From the NCBI RefSeq assembly GCF_022539665.2, contig NC_081331.1, positions 10,664,001 through 10,728,000 of the forward strand: a DNA stretch of 64,000 bases, in the 5' to 3' direction. Positions 10,099 to 24,857 of the stretch are shown here, in pieces; positions within the stretch are counted from its first letter, which is position 1; each line of letters starts with the position of its first letter. This DNA comes from Daphnia carinata. Taxonomy: Eukaryota. The notes beneath the pieces were generated by a model. It worked only from the letters and a program-made list of their open reading frames with translations. It had not been told where the DNA came from and searched no databases. A program made the translations under genes and the position numbers.

Positions 10099-13000
10099 AA
10101 TAATAATTTCAAAATAATTTTTTTTTTGTTTTGTTTTCGTTTAAAACCAAAACCAAACGTAGCAGATACGATGGCCACTAGCCGATTTGCTGTTTGAACG
10201 CTCGTTGTGTGCCGATGATTTCAACGGAAAAAAAAAAGACACTCTGTTCACTGTCTGATCGATTATCCACTTGTTTTTCTCTCTTTCGATTCGCTCGTCA
10301 ATCAAAAAGAAGCAAAACAACAAAAAAAATCTGTTGTTCCGATCAATCAATCGAGTCAAAGCACGAACGCACTTAAGACCGCACAAAGACAAAAGGGGGA
10401 GGAACGACCGTTGGGCAGGATGACGTCACAAAGGGCAGGAAAGAGTTGACACAATCCTCTGCTCGTCTGCTGCTATTCGAGACATAGAATAAATAATAAA
10501 AAAAAAATAAATAAATAAAATAAATAAATATAATATTCGGTAAGTTATAGATGCGCGTTCGGGTAAATAACAGTCCAAATGGTTCCGCACGAACGAGTTC
10601 GTGCGTGGCATTTTTCTTTAACACGCTGACTCTTGATTCATACAACCAAAAAAATAAATAAATAAATACATTTGATATATTTCTAAGACGAGAGAGAGAG
10701 AAACCATCCATCCGTAATGATAGCAAACGGTACACGCATTGCTATTATTAAGGCCCTCAGCGTTTGTTTCTTGTGTTGCTTTGGAATATCCCAAAAAAAA
10801 AAAAAAAAAAAAAAACGTGCGTCTTTTTTCTTTTCTTTTTTTGCCCTCAAGAGAAAAACGGTTGAAAATGTCGAAGAGAAGAAAGAAAAAAAGAAACAAT
10901 TTAAAAAAGAGAAAGACGGTGGTGTGCCAGGAAAAAAAAAAAAAAAAAATGTTGGAGGAGGAGGTGACAAATGACTTCCCGGCCCTGAACTAATACAAAA
11001 GCAGCTGCTACTGCTGATGCTGCTGCTGCTCTTTTTTCTTCCTCCGCAATCGTCTTTCTCCTGTTATTGTTGTTACTCTAACTGTTCCTGAACACGGCCA
11101 AATGCTTTAAACTGCTTACTCTTTTTTTTTTCTTTTTCAAATGTCTGCCCACGTCTCCCAGTGCATGTATTTATACAGCTCTAAGCAAAAAGAAAAAAAA
11201 AAAAAAAGTATGGCAGCCCCTCCATATGGAAAGCGAAACATGGGACCGAAAAAAAACAAAAAAAAAAATTTCAGCTTTAGAAAATAAATCAGCCAATCGG
11301 ATCTCAACTTTCTGATCGGTTGCCAAAAAATAAAAAAATAAAAAATAAAAAAGACCAAAGCAATTTTCAAAAAACGGGGTAAACAAGAAAATCAACGGGT
11401 CTCAAAAAGTTAACAGTCGATCTATAAAACACATTGCACGGCCCAAAAAAAAAAAAAAAAAAAAAAAAAAGTCTACACACACACACACACACACCATCTC
11501 TCAAAGACAATAAACAAACGAAAAAAGAAGTTTCAGGGTGTGTGTTGTATATGTAGTTTTTCTTCGAGCCGGCAATCATTGCCTCATTCGGCACAAACGT
11601 ACGTGCCTCGGACTCCATGGAAAAAAACTTCTCTTTTGGCTCACGCGCTACATACATACACACACACACACATACACACATACACACACTTGACAAGATT
11701 AACGATCAACTAGCGACTGCTGCTGCTGCTGCAGACACACACACACACATGTGGGTGTACGTTTGATACTGGAAAAGCTCCTCTCTGTAGCTCACACTCC
11801 CCAAGGGTCTATACACTATAACATTGCAGACACAAAGTTTTTTTTTTTTTTTTTCTCTTTTGCTCCCGATGTTGTCTGTTTATTGCTGGGGTCCCCTGGA
11901 AAACGCATCCGCCATCCAAAGTTTTTTTGTTTTTTTTTGCGGTGATAAATATTATTTACGCATTTGAAGATGCTGGTCTCTTTAAACGATGAACGAGTTA
12001 AGAGGAGCGAACAAGTAAAAAAAAAAAAAAAAAAGGAAGAGAAGATAAATAATTTTGTTCGTTCACATGTTTTTTTAATACTCGGGTTCAAAAGGGCCGA
12101 TGGAACAAAAAAAAAGGGAGAGATGGAGGGGGGAAACCCGAATAATAATCCCGAACGCGTGTGTATATTTATGAGTATATATTATCAAGGGCGTCATAAA
12201 AGATCGAGAGAGATGGAGAGAGAGAGAAAGAAAGAAAGAAAGAAAGAAGAGAATGGAATGTCTGGAAGTCTCTTCAACCCCAGCTCTGTGAGTACTCACG
12301 CCCTCTGGTTGTCTGCGAAGTAACGTTTCGAGGTTTTGCTCCCAGACGTCCCTCACACACACACACACACACAGACACCAATTGCATGGGTATGTAGGCT
12401 AACAGAACTTAACATCCAAGGCGATATGTAATTTTTTTTTGCCTAACACATTCTGCTTTGAACGTTTATGCGATGGCTTTTTGCATGCGTCTAGAAAACA
12501 ACAACAACAAAAAAAAAAGGACCCGAGGACAAATCACCAAAAGACGAGAGGAGAAATCTTTTGCTTTGTTTGCACGGCCCCAAGTTTATCGTCTTCTTTC
12601 TTTCTTTTTTTCTACCTTTCTCAAACAGTTATTCCGTCTGCGCTAGTCGTGGCTTCGTGCACATGTGTGTTGAAGATGGCGTCATTTTCGAATCAAACAC
12701 ACACACACAGAGAGAAAGAAAGAAGGGAGAGGCGAACGAACTGGCAGACGAAGAAGAACCACACGTATACACAACTCGCAGACACACACGCACCAACACA
12801 CTCTGAAGAAGAAGAAGAAGAAAAAAAAGGGAGAGTTGGCCTTGGCTCTCTTCTTCTTCTCCCATCTATTTACAAACAAAAGATAAACGAGCTTCTTCTC
12901 CTTCTTGTGGAACGATGGAACCGTGCCACGAGTTGGAAAGGAAACGAGAAAAAGAAAGAGAGAGCCTTGCTGACGACGCCAATCGAGGTCGGAGGTCAGA

Positions 13001-13413
13001 GGCACTGCTGCCTTCCCAGGAAGAAGGACCGCAAGATCGGATGGTTCGATAGGTTTTTTCTTTTGGTTGGTTGGTTTTTTTTTTTTTTTTTTTTTACATA
13101 TACGTTGACCCTCGAGGCAAAACGAAAAAGACCAAGCGCACCAAAAATCCCGACACACTTGACGATGGTTCATTTTATTTTGAATATTCTTTTTTTTTTT
13201 TTTTCTTTTTCTATTTAAAAAAAAACAAAACAAAACAAAAAAAAAAAAAAAAATGGGAAAGCAAATTCAATTTTCTCTCTTTGCTCCTCCCTCATTTCTG
13301 GCTCGCGAAATTGAATGTTAGATCGTCCACTTCCCGGTTAAAAGTTTTCCGCCAATTGGCTGCCCCCCCCCCCTTCTCCTTACTCCCCGTTTATTGGCTA
13401 ATAAAAGAAAAGA

Positions 13414-13448
<35 letters not shown>

Positions 13449-13807
13449 GCCTCGACAGAGATACATACACCCCGTGTGGATGTCATCAACGAAAGAGATA
13501 CCGGTAATTCCGTTTCCTTTTTTTTTCTTTCTCTCTTATCCTTTCTTTAAAAAAAAAATGTTGTGTAGCGTGAGCGTAAAACTGAGCGGCGACCGATCAA
13601 TAGAATCCCGACGTTACGAACCCATTGGCCGGTCCGTTTTTTTTTTTTTTTTTTCATGTTATTGTAACGTTATTTTCGCTCGATCACCGAGAGAAATAAG
13701 AAACTTAACGTTTTCCCTTTTTTTTTTGAAATGATGCACCGCAAAAAAGAAAAGAAGAAGGTCCGTGCACAACAAAAAAAAGGTTTGAAACAACCAAACA
13801 AGAATGG

Positions 13808-13841
<34 letters not shown>

Positions 13842-16800
13842 AGATGGACAAAAAGAAGAAACCTTAGACAACGTATAAAAATGTGCGGCGCGTGTATGTA
13901 CGTGTGCACATGCGAAACACAGCGAAACCAGCAGAGCCTGTAGATGCACGTTCGTGTCTTTTGCCGATTGTATCCACTTACAGACGAACGAAGGGGGGAG
14001 TAGACGGTCATTTTCTTTTCGGATGTTCCCCCCCAATGTTTAAAGCTCTCGTCTGAGATTAAATGCCCTCCCCTTCACAAAAAAAAAAAAAAAAAAGACG
14101 AACGAAACTGACAGTCAATAATAATAAAAAAAAATATATATATAAAAAAAATCACGTTTCAAATGATTTTCCAAGAAACATTTCGTATCGCAAATGGTGG
14201 CCTCTCTCATCAACAAGAATTTAAATTTAAAAAAAAAAAAAAAAAAGAAGAAGAAAATGAACTCCGCTTACCACCACGAATGCGTTCACACAACAAGTTT
14301 CAGAGCGAAGACGTACGTCAATTCTTGAGAAAGAAAAAGAAATATAGAAATAAAATTTCCCCTATTTTTTTTTTTCTTCTTCACGCGTGATGGATCGATG
14401 GTCCGACAAGAGCCGCACACAAAGAGTGACTTCAAGTAGTGTCTTTTTCTTCCTTTTTTTTTTTTTTTTCAAAATCACGATCCGACAGATGGCGACTGTT
14501 GTTTCTTCACATCACAAACAAGAGTGAAGAACTTCCCCTCTCAAAAAAAAAAAAAAATAATAATAATATTCTTTGTTTTTCCGATGACAATCCGAAGTGT
14601 GATGAAAAGAGGAAACCTGTGGATGTGTGATGTGTTACCAAATGCAATCTCTTCGTTTTCGTTTCTGTCCAGCGGCAACAGCCAATTTCGAATTGGTGCG
14701 CAAACTATGCAAATTTTTTGCTCCTCTTCTTTTTGGCGATGGTATTTATGTCGTCTTTTGTTTTTCTTTCTTCTCCGAAATGCCGACAACGAGAGGCCAT
14801 ACGAGTTGCGAGAGCGGAAAGGAACGAGAGGGGGGGGGGGGGGGATGAACAACGAACGCGGCGATTGGTGGCGCTGCGTGTGATGATAAATACTCGGCCA
14901 ACGCAACCAACAAGCAACTCGAGAATGAAAAGAAAAAAAAAAAAATGGCCAGTTGTGTGTGTGTGTTTCTTTTTTTTCGCAAAGAGAGCTCAACAGCAAT
15001 TGCGTTCTGCTATCGGCCACCTCGAAACATCAACTTGGCAGCGGGAAGAAACAAAACAAACTGGCGCAGAACACACACGCACACACACGCACACAGAAAC
15101 AAAAAAAAACGGGGTGCGGCAACTGCGATGATTTTCAGTTTGTTTTTTTGTTTTTTTTTTTCACGAAAAAAATTGACCGAAAATTGTAACGAGATTTTTT
15201 GGTTCCGCTTTGCGTTTGTTTGTGTTTTCTTCTTCTCTCTTTGAAGGGGGAAAAAAAAAAAAAAAACGAAGCAAACGAACGTGTTTGTGTGTTCTCCCTT
15301 TCTTCCCAAATAAAACACAGCACAGCACTGCACACACACACACGCACTTTTCAAACAGAAAATGTCGGGAAAAAAAAAAACACTCGGGAGGCAGCCACAA
15401 AAGCTCACTTTAAAAAAAATGTTTCTTCGAAAAAAAAAAAACCAGGAAGAAAGGAGAGAGAGAGAGAGAGAGAAACAGAGAGAGACAGAGAGAGAGAGAG
15501 AGAGAGGACTGGACGGCGGCTCAGTCCCGGCACGACTGAAGCCTTCTTTCTCAACATGCACACACAGTATGCTTCCGTGTGTGTGTGTGTCTGTGTGTGT
15601 GTGTGTGTCTAGCTTCCCTCCCCTCTCTTTTTTAACTCCCTATCCTAAAAACACATCAGAGTCGAAACGGACGTCGAACGAGGGAGGAGGAGTAGCGGAC
15701 GGGAAACGACGGCGCAGAAAAAAAAAAGGGGAGAGAGAGAGGAAGAATAAGAGGAGAAACCCTGAAAGAATCAAACCCCCCCCCCCCCTTACCAAAAAAA
15801 AAAAAAAAAAAAAATAACCCAAATAAAAAAAAAAAATAATAATAATAAATAGAAATAAAAACAAAACAAAAAAAAAAAAGGAATTTTCTCTTCTACCGGA
15901 GGTTAGAGAAAGAGCAGACAGAAAAAGAAACAGGGAGGGGCGGAGTTTCGTACGAACAGACAAAATAAAATAAATAATAAATCAAAAATCAAATAGATTC
16001 ACACGCCACTTTGAATTCGGCTTGACGCGCAGAATCGTCTCCGTTTCTCGCCGTGCAACAACAATCGAAAGAAGAAGAAGAAGAAGGGAAAAAAAAAAAA
16101 AAAAAAAAAAAGAAATTTATATATCTTTATTTATACATGTATATGTATAAAATATCCAAGATCGGGAGAGCAGCGCAAAAGGGCGGCGATGTGGCGCAGG
16201 CGCCGCTTCTTGTCATATTCCCTTTCGGCTCTGATCGACGTTCCCCCGCGCGCATCTGACCGGTTCCTACCCTCGGCTGACCGTCTTCTTCTTTATTATT
16301 ATTATTATTATTATTTTTTTTTTTTTTTTTTTAAAAGATCGTGCCTGTTGTGTGTCCACCGTCTCTTTCATTTCAATGTCGATTAGAAACATCTTTCTTT
16401 TTTTTTTTCTAAGAAATAAATTTCATCGATTTCTTAAACGCCGCAAAAGAAAAAAAAATTGAAACATTCAAAACACATTTGAAAATTATGAATCACCAAT
16501 TTTGATTTATCAATTTCTCTTGAATTCAACGCCATAAATTAAGAAATAAAAAATCAAATAAAAAATTCCTTTTAACGGGGCAGATAGTACACCGCCGCAA
16601 GGTACACACCTCGTTTCCCCTTTCTGTTTAAACAATGCGACTATAGTTTTACATTTGTTGTATACATTAGTACATCTATTTTCTTTTATTTTTATCAGAA
16701 AAAAAAAAAAAAAAAAAATCCATTTTTTTTTTTTTTTGGCGTGCGTCACAATAAATCAGTGGGAAAAAGAAAAAGATAGCGACGGGCAAAATGGAAGCGA

Positions 16801-17586
16801 CACAAGAGAAAAACGAGTGGCCCCTCTCCGAACGCCACCCTCCACCTCCTCTTTGGCATTTTTACCTTATACGGCCCGTCATTTTCTATCGGCTTTGCGT
16901 GCGTGTGTGTGTGTGTGTGTGTACGTCTGTCTGTCTGTCTGTTTGTCTTTCGATATACTCTCCTCTTTTTTTTTTTTAATAGCGGACATACAGAGACACA
17001 CACACACACACACACGGAAAGAAAGAATCTCCATTGTGAAGAGCGAAGTACACAAACAAGCAAAAAGAACGCGTACATGTAAATTCAACTTGCGAATAAT
17101 AACAAGCCGTTGGCCGCACCCCGGCCAAGTCCGATAACATCATCTAGCGACACGGTAGAAAGAAGAGGGAAAATATTTTGGCCTCTTTCCCTCTGTGACG
17201 TACTGCAGACGGTTCGATTATACACCACCACCCCGATTCGATCTGACAATGTCTGACTGTGTGTGTGTGTTCCAGTCGGGATTTGACATTTCTTTCAAGT
17301 TTTCGCGCTTATCACCACGATCGACAATAAGTGACTTTTATCAAAAGCGCACGTCTTCTTCTATTACATTCGTTTTTTTTTTTACTTCGTGTTCTTCCAG
17401 GCGTGCCTATAACTATACACGGATATGTGTTCCAGTGCGTATCGCAAAAAACAATAATAATAAAAAAAAACAAAAACCAAATAATTTTCCTTTCTTTTCA
17501 TTTGTTTTAGCGATCTGTAGCGTGTCGTCTGGCTATATACAACATGGCCGCCAGACGGCCTGATTATTGCATTCGAATTCGTTCAA

Positions 17587-17624
<38 letters not shown>

Positions 17625-19610
17625 ATTTGCACTCTCCCCCACCCCCGGAAAAACACACACACACACACATATATATAAAAAAAAAAAAAAAAAATCGAAT
17701 AAAAACCTATTAGAGTTTATAGCACAGCGACAGACCAAAGTTGGAATACAAAACAACGTTAACCTCTTCCACTGCTGTTACGATCCAGTTGCACACGCAA
17801 GGAGCGGTGGAAAGGGGGGGTTAGTTCGCTCTCTCTCTCTCTCTTTCTCTCTCTCTCCCCCCTTCTCCACCCATTTTTCCAGTTTGGCTCTCGATCGGAC
17901 GTGTGGTGCGACGGCCACGCACACACACGCACGGCCGTCTGGCCGCTGTACAGTCCACAAAAAAAAAAAAAAAAAAAAAAATCGGTGAGGAAAAGGGCTG
18001 GGTCCAACGTATTGAATGCGAGGCACGCGTCACAAAGTTCGCAGTGCTGGGCGAAAAAAAAAAAAAAAAAAGGTCGCCCAGCCGTTCCGTCTGGGTGTAG
18101 GGGGTCTTCATTGCCGCCTCACTATTTCTGTTCGGTTCCATGAATATTGAAAAGCCAAGTAGTGACACGCATGTCTCTTTTTAAATAAAACAACAAACGC
18201 GCACCGTTTTCTTATTCTTCTCCTTCTCCCCTCCCTCCCCCCCCACCCCACCTCGTCATCATCACACGCAAAACGTGTCGTCATAAAAGCATTGAAAACA
18301 CAACAACCATTTTCGGGATGCTCTTTCCGGTCATCCGGTTTGTGTCCTTTTCCCTCTTTCCTCCACACACATACACACACACACACACATTTTGTTTTTT
18401 GTTTCGAACGACTGTGTTACATTGACGATGTACCTAACATCAACGTATAAACAGTAGGCGAACTATTCCAGCTGTTTTCTTTTATTTTTGATGCATTTCA
18501 AAAAAAAAAAATAAAAATAAAAGAATTTGTTGAATTTTTGTCATACAGCGTTGCCGCGATAAAAAAATTCGCAACGATATAATAAAAAAAAAAAAATTAA
18601 ATTAAATTAAAAAAAAAAAGCCGACCGGGAAAGCCATCAAAGTATGATTAACAATTGATCCCAACCCTCGTGCGCTCTTATTGTCTCCGACGCAAAAAGA
18701 AAAAGAAATTTCGTAATCGACACCGACCAACGACAATAACGCCGTCACTGGAACAAAAAAAAAAAAAAAATGAAATAAAATGGGAGACGATGTTCACACA
18801 ATTTTTTTTTTTGCCGCTGGAACGCGCCGCATTTGTTATTTTTTTTTTTATGGGCCCCCGCCGTGTTATATAGCGCGACTACTGGTGGGTCCGAGTTTAA
18901 TTGAGCGGAAACAGAGAGAGAGAGAGAGAAAGGCAATGGTGGGGTTGGGTGGGCAAGTACGTTACGTTAAGTTAGAAACACAAGAAATCGATCCGTTTTT
19001 CTCTACATGATGGAGTTGCGAGTTTCAGCTGGCCCTGGCTGCAGTTCGTTGATATACGACCGATTAAAGCGCGCGCCCGTGCTTCATTTATAGGTGGGGG
19101 GGGGGGGGATAGACTCTCTTGCTTATTGCTTATAGCACCACCCTTTCGCCCACCTTGGATGGTCGGCGGAGTTGAGGGGGTGTTCGGGACACGACAAAAA
19201 GAAGAAACGAAATGACTCGTTTTCGCGTGACCATATCATCGGACTTCAAAAAATAAAAAACAAGTGAATGACGATAAAAAAAAGAGGGGGGGATATACGA
19301 CATTGAACTCCCCCCCCCCCCCCCAGACACACACACTTATTGATCCCTCCCTCTATTCACGGTGGGTAAAGATGATGATCATTACGTCATTGTAATAAGA
19401 AGTAAATCGCAAGATAAAGATCAAATGAGAAATGTGATTTGATTAAAATGGCAACGTTCCCTACGTTAGTTAAATTGATTAAAAAAAAAAAAGCCTTTGG
19501 GAACACTTGTGTTACGTTTCTTTTTTCGCCAAACTTGGGGTTAACAAACACGAAGATTGCAGCAGGAGGAGGAGGAGCGAACGGGTTGACGTGGTCGCGT
19601 ATGACTCACC

Positions 19611-19658
<48 letters not shown>

Positions 19659-20951
19659 AAAAAAAAAAAAGGTAGACGGTAAAAGCAAAAAAAGAGGAGA
19701 GTAGTTGGCAAACATGGCCGCCGCCACTCTTGTAGCAGCAGCTGTTTGCTATCCCAGACGATACGGGATAGAAACAAAACAATGAAATGTGTTACCAACA
19801 ACACCAAATCAAAGAAACCCAGCCCATTTAATCGTTCAACTCGCAACGTGCGTACGTTGCTTTTTAATTTAAAAAAAAGAAAAAAAAAAAAAAGAAAAAA
19901 CTTTAATCGCTTGATGATTATTTAAAACTTCTCGTGTACCGAACGTCAAACGATCCGTCGATCGGCGATACCTTTTTTTTTTTTTTTTTTAATTTCATTT
20001 TCGTGTTCCAGTTTTCTTTTTTTTTTTTCTTCTTCATTGTGGCAAACCGCAACATCCGTTTTTACCACTCACCCTGCCTTATTTTTCTTTGTATGTTTCA
20101 TTTGTCTTTTTTTAACTTGAAAAACAAAACTCGTGAAATATATTGAACTCTGATTTTAAAAAAATAAAATAAAATAAAATAAATATGGCTGTCTCGCAAA
20201 TGGCAAAACCTGGAGCATTTCCTACTTTTTGATTCGGATGTTTTTTTTTTGGGGGGGGGAGAACGGCACGGCCGATGAATAATTCATTGAATGGTCCACA
20301 AAATACAGCAATAACAACAACAACGAAGAAAAAAAAAAAAAAAAAATCAAACACAAGACAGGGCTGCCCTGGGTAATGTCCGTCGATCCGAAACAACGGG
20401 GCTCCCACGCGCACACACGAGTAAAAAAAAAAAAAAAAAGGCAGAAGACAAACGATAGCAAAGAAGAAGAAGAACAAAAAAAAAAAGGGCGAAAATAATC
20501 CCGAAACAAGACAAGCATGAAATCCTCGCAAACTAATGGCCCGTTCACGAACGAGGCGCTTCTATGGGGAAGAGGGGGGAGGGGGATACGGACGGGACAG
20601 AAAACGTGCCACACATACCTGCTGCTTTTTTTTTTTTTTGTGTTCATTACATTTTTTGCTTTCCAATTTATAACATCATCTCATGCGTCCCATTCTTTAA
20701 AAAAAAAAAAATAAATAAATAAAACAATGATTCAAGTGGTCTTTTAATTATTTTTTTGTTAAAGAATTCATTGCCTTCGCGTAAAGCCCCCCCCCCGCCC
20801 AAAATAAATAATAATTTTATTTTAAAACCAATTGAAAAATGGCAGAGAAAATCAATTGGATTCAAAACAAACAAAAAATGCGACGGAATAGCAACGATGC
20901 CCCCCCCACCTTGTTCGACCAATGTTTAAAATAAAAAGCAAAAGGCGAACG

Positions 20952-20988
<37 letters not shown>
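20952..20988. repeat. Poly(C)/poly(G) homopolymer, 37 nt
   Basis: Directly visible; the longest of many C/G runs in the mbl introns. Confidence 0.95.
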
Positions 20989-23900
20989 ACAGTCTAAGCG
21001 CCACGGCGCAAACATTCCAGGCATCGATGCGGCAAGAAGAAGAAGAAGAAGAAGAAAAGAAAGACTCTTTGCAATGTCAGCTGATTGATCCATCAATCCT
21101 TCTTCATTAAGTCCATAACACCCATCGCCATCCACCTTTTCAAATCCCGCCCGCCCCATCGTTCCAAATGAGTTTGGTCGTCGTCGGTCGTACCCGATCG
21201 ATACTTTGATACGCACACGACGCGGCATTACATGCCCGATCTTTGGCATTTTCCCGTTCCACAGCGGGCTAAGGGATGGGAAGCGGGTCAACGATGTCAC
21301 GTTATTAGATATTTGTTTTTGTTTTTTTCTCCTTCTTTCGGTTCCAAGGGGTTTCCGACAATGAAACGGAAAAAAAAAAGAAAAGCTTGAAAAGAAAAAA
21401 AAAAAATAAAAAAAGGGCAATCTGTTCCAGCTGCTGGACTGTAAAAAAAAAAAAAAAAAAAAAATGCGAAGCCAATAGAAAACTCGCGCGGGTACCTCAG
21501 CAAAAAGGGCGCGCACATTCAAAGCCGCGAAACAAACGGAGGGGGGAAAAAAATATGAAGCCTTTTCTATGTACAGTCTGAAAAAAAAAAAAATAAAATA
21601 AAATAAAAAAAATAAAAAAATAAGGGGGAAGCTCTATCAGCACCTCGGCCCTTTTCCTACACTCCGCGTGTGTTTTGTTTCTAAGTCTCGATAAGGTCGT
21701 GGGCACGGCTAACGTTACCTGTGCGGTGTATGTGTATAAATAGACACACACACACACACACACAGGTTCTATATTAGCGCGTGAATATTGATTCTCATTT
21801 TTTGTTTGTTTCGAAAGGCCCCGAAAATAAAAATTAAAAAAAAAAAAACGTTTTATTTTTAAAAGAGAACAAAAAAAAAAAAAAGAAAAGAAAAGGAACT
21901 AATAAATAAATATGAACGAGAGCGTTCAAAAAAAAAAAAAAAAATAAGAACATAAACAAACAATCAAAAAGTAGCCTTTTCTTTCTTCGCGTATCTCCGA
22001 CACGCTCGGTCAACAATAAAAAAAAAACAAAAAAAAAACAATTAATGACCTCCCCCTTTTTGTTTTGTTCCAACGATAAGGAATAATGAAGCTACACATC
22101 GGCGGTGATGTTGCGCGCGCGGGACTTGGGCGAGCTGATAATGAGAAATGAATTTCCTCCCTTCTTTCACGAACTTTTTGTTTGTTTTTTTTCGTCCATC
22201 AATTGTTTCTCCCTCCCCCCCCCCCCCCCACCCCCTTTCTTATTGACGAAAAAAGAAAAATGTCTCTATTCATTTTCTTTGTTTTTTTCCGCACAGATCG
22301 AATGTGGAAGACGTTTGGCTTCCATCCAAAACAGGGCGCATCCGGTAACCTCACCCTCTTCTTCCGCCCACCACCCCCCACCCCCTTTTTCCTTCTCAGC
22401 GAAACATTATAAACTTGAGCGCAACGATCCCCTCTCCTTGTGTCTTTCTCTCGCTATTTGTTTGAGTACGTGAGTCAAGCCCAGAGTTAAAGTGCATATT
22501 TTCGAACGTAGTACACCACGAGTAGGCGGATTACAGTTTACCCAATGTGCATGCATTAAAAAAGGAATGAAGGACCCACTCGCATCCGTGTGTGTATTAA
22601 GCAAAGAGAGATTAGCAGATTTCCATCCGGATAACTGCAAACAATTCCGAAATGGTAAAATGAGATCGCAACGGATTTTAAAAAAAAAAAAAAAAAATTA
22701 ATTAATAAATGTCACTCTTCAAATTCGGTTTGGCAACAATGTCGCTCATCGAACCGACGACCTGACCGAATGTTTTGAAAATAATCGAAAGACGAGTCAA
22801 ACTTTTTCTTGTTCTTTAGTTCCAAAAAAAACACAAAGAAAAAAAAAAAACAAACAAACATGTTGGACGTCAGAGATTTTGAAAGTATTTTTCAATTAGT
22901 CTGCGCACACACAGCAGAAAGAGAGGGGACAGCACGACGAGCCACAAACAACAAGAAAAGAAGTGGCGGCCCAAAATCGACGACAGATTGCCAAGTCGAA
23001 CAGACGTCTTTCGTCTTTACTATAACACCCCGCAACCCTCCCTCCCCCCCTCCCTCCAAACGGAAATCCAACCCCACAAACGACACCTCTATCCCCCTCC
23101 CATCCAAAGATAAATAAATAACAGCTAATGGTTTTTTTTTTCTTTTCTTTTCTTCCTCTTCAACGTCTTGTAAACCAAGATGATTAGAGTTCCACGCCAT
23201 CTTCTTTTTCGAGCCTTTATTGCGCATCGGCTAGTTTTTTTTTTTTTTTTTTATCTCTGATCTTTTCAAACTTTGACCTTATCCCGTCCTCGTTGATTGA
23301 TTTCCCACCGTTACCCTTTAAATTTTACATTTTTCATTTAACAAAAAGGAAAAAAAAAAATAAAAGAAGAAAGAAAAGAAGGGAATCGTTTCTACTTCGC
23401 ACTCTCTCGATTAATGGGTGTGTCCCTCTTCTGCTACGTGAGTGGGTGTATGTGTGCAACCGGTCTGATAACACAAAAAAAAAAAAAAAAAAAGAAGAAT
23501 CCTCAAACCACCCAACGACACCCCACCCACCCATCACAAAAAAAAAAAATGAACAACTTCTTCCCCCTCCCCCCCTTCTTTTTTGGAGAAAAAGAGAGAG
23601 AGAGAGAAGGGCCTACACCACAACAAGGCGGGACTCTCTTTTCACGCTAACCGGAGGGCTCCCTTTTTGCCTGTAAGTGAAGGTCTTTTTCGTGTGTGTG
23701 TGTGTGTGTGTGTGTGTCGGGTTCTCTCTCTCTCCATCACCGTGATCTCATCTCCAGATGCCTCCACAATGATGTCACTCTGCTCGACGGAGCGTGTGTC
23801 TGTGTGTGTGTAAACGCAGCAGCAAAAAGCCAAGGGCGATACAAAATACTAAAAAAAAAACTATACTACTACTATACTACAAAAAAATCTATTTAATTCC

Positions 23901-24823
23901 GTTTTCTGTTATTGAAAAAAAAAAAAAGAAGGACGAGAGAGTTCAGCAAGAAGCCCCAACTCTTTTTTTTTCCCGTGGGTTTCATTGTCTCGTCAATCGA
24001 CACGAAGGAAACAATCACTTTACTTGATTTCACCGCAAGACGTTCTATAAATCCGGATAACACACGAAAAGTTTTTATTTTCCAACGCAACTTTCAATTC
24101 CCCCCCCCTTTTTTTTCTTCTTTTTATTCCCTGATTAAATTGAATTTGAAACCAAAGTCGAGTCGATCACATCATGGCATTTTCGTAAATGAAAGAAACA
24201 AAACAAAAACAAAAAAGAAAGAAAGAAAAAGATCCTTTTTATCTGATGAAATTAGACAAGCAAATGGCGACGGCCAATTGTCGTTCTATCGAAGAAAAAA
24301 AAAAAAAAAAAAAAAAAAAGAAACGTCAATCCAAATAAAATGGCAATGTCGTAGCGAGTGCTGCATCTTCTCGCTTTCGGAAAGAGCAGAAAAAAAAAAA
24401 AAAGAAAAGACGGGACCACTATTGGAAGACAGGGGGGGGGGGGGGGAGGGCGAGTGCTGAAACAAGACACTCGTTCGTGACACGAGCCAGACAACACCAA
24501 CACAAAAGAGAGCAACAGAAAAAGAAAACAGATTATCAAAAAAAGAAGTTTCTTGTAAAAGGAGATGAAACACAACTGCCGATGCAAACGTGTATAGTGT
24601 TAAAAAAAAAAAAAAAAAAAAAAAAAGGAGGATGGGATATTTACTCCGGGAGAAAAAAGGGGGGGGGGACAAGAAGAGGAACTCGGGAGCTGTTGCAAAA
24701 GCTCTTTTTTTTTTGTTTTTTTTTTTTTTTTCTTTGCCCCCAACTCGGTGGATTGTTCACAGTAACGTACACGCAGTTTGACAGTGTACGGTATTGTACA
24801 CATATCTCTTCCTATACTTTTCC

Positions 24824-24857
<34 letters not shown>

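Noticed and set aside
9771..10197. Alternative-frame and antisense ORFs over the mbl start exon (likewise 2771-3151 and 2806-3081)
   Set aside because: Shadow ORFs of GC-rich real exons.
11001..11030. Short CTG repeat near the mbl start exon
   Set aside because: Only a few interrupted units, and it reads CAG on the mbl sense strand, so it is not a CUG-type Mbl target.
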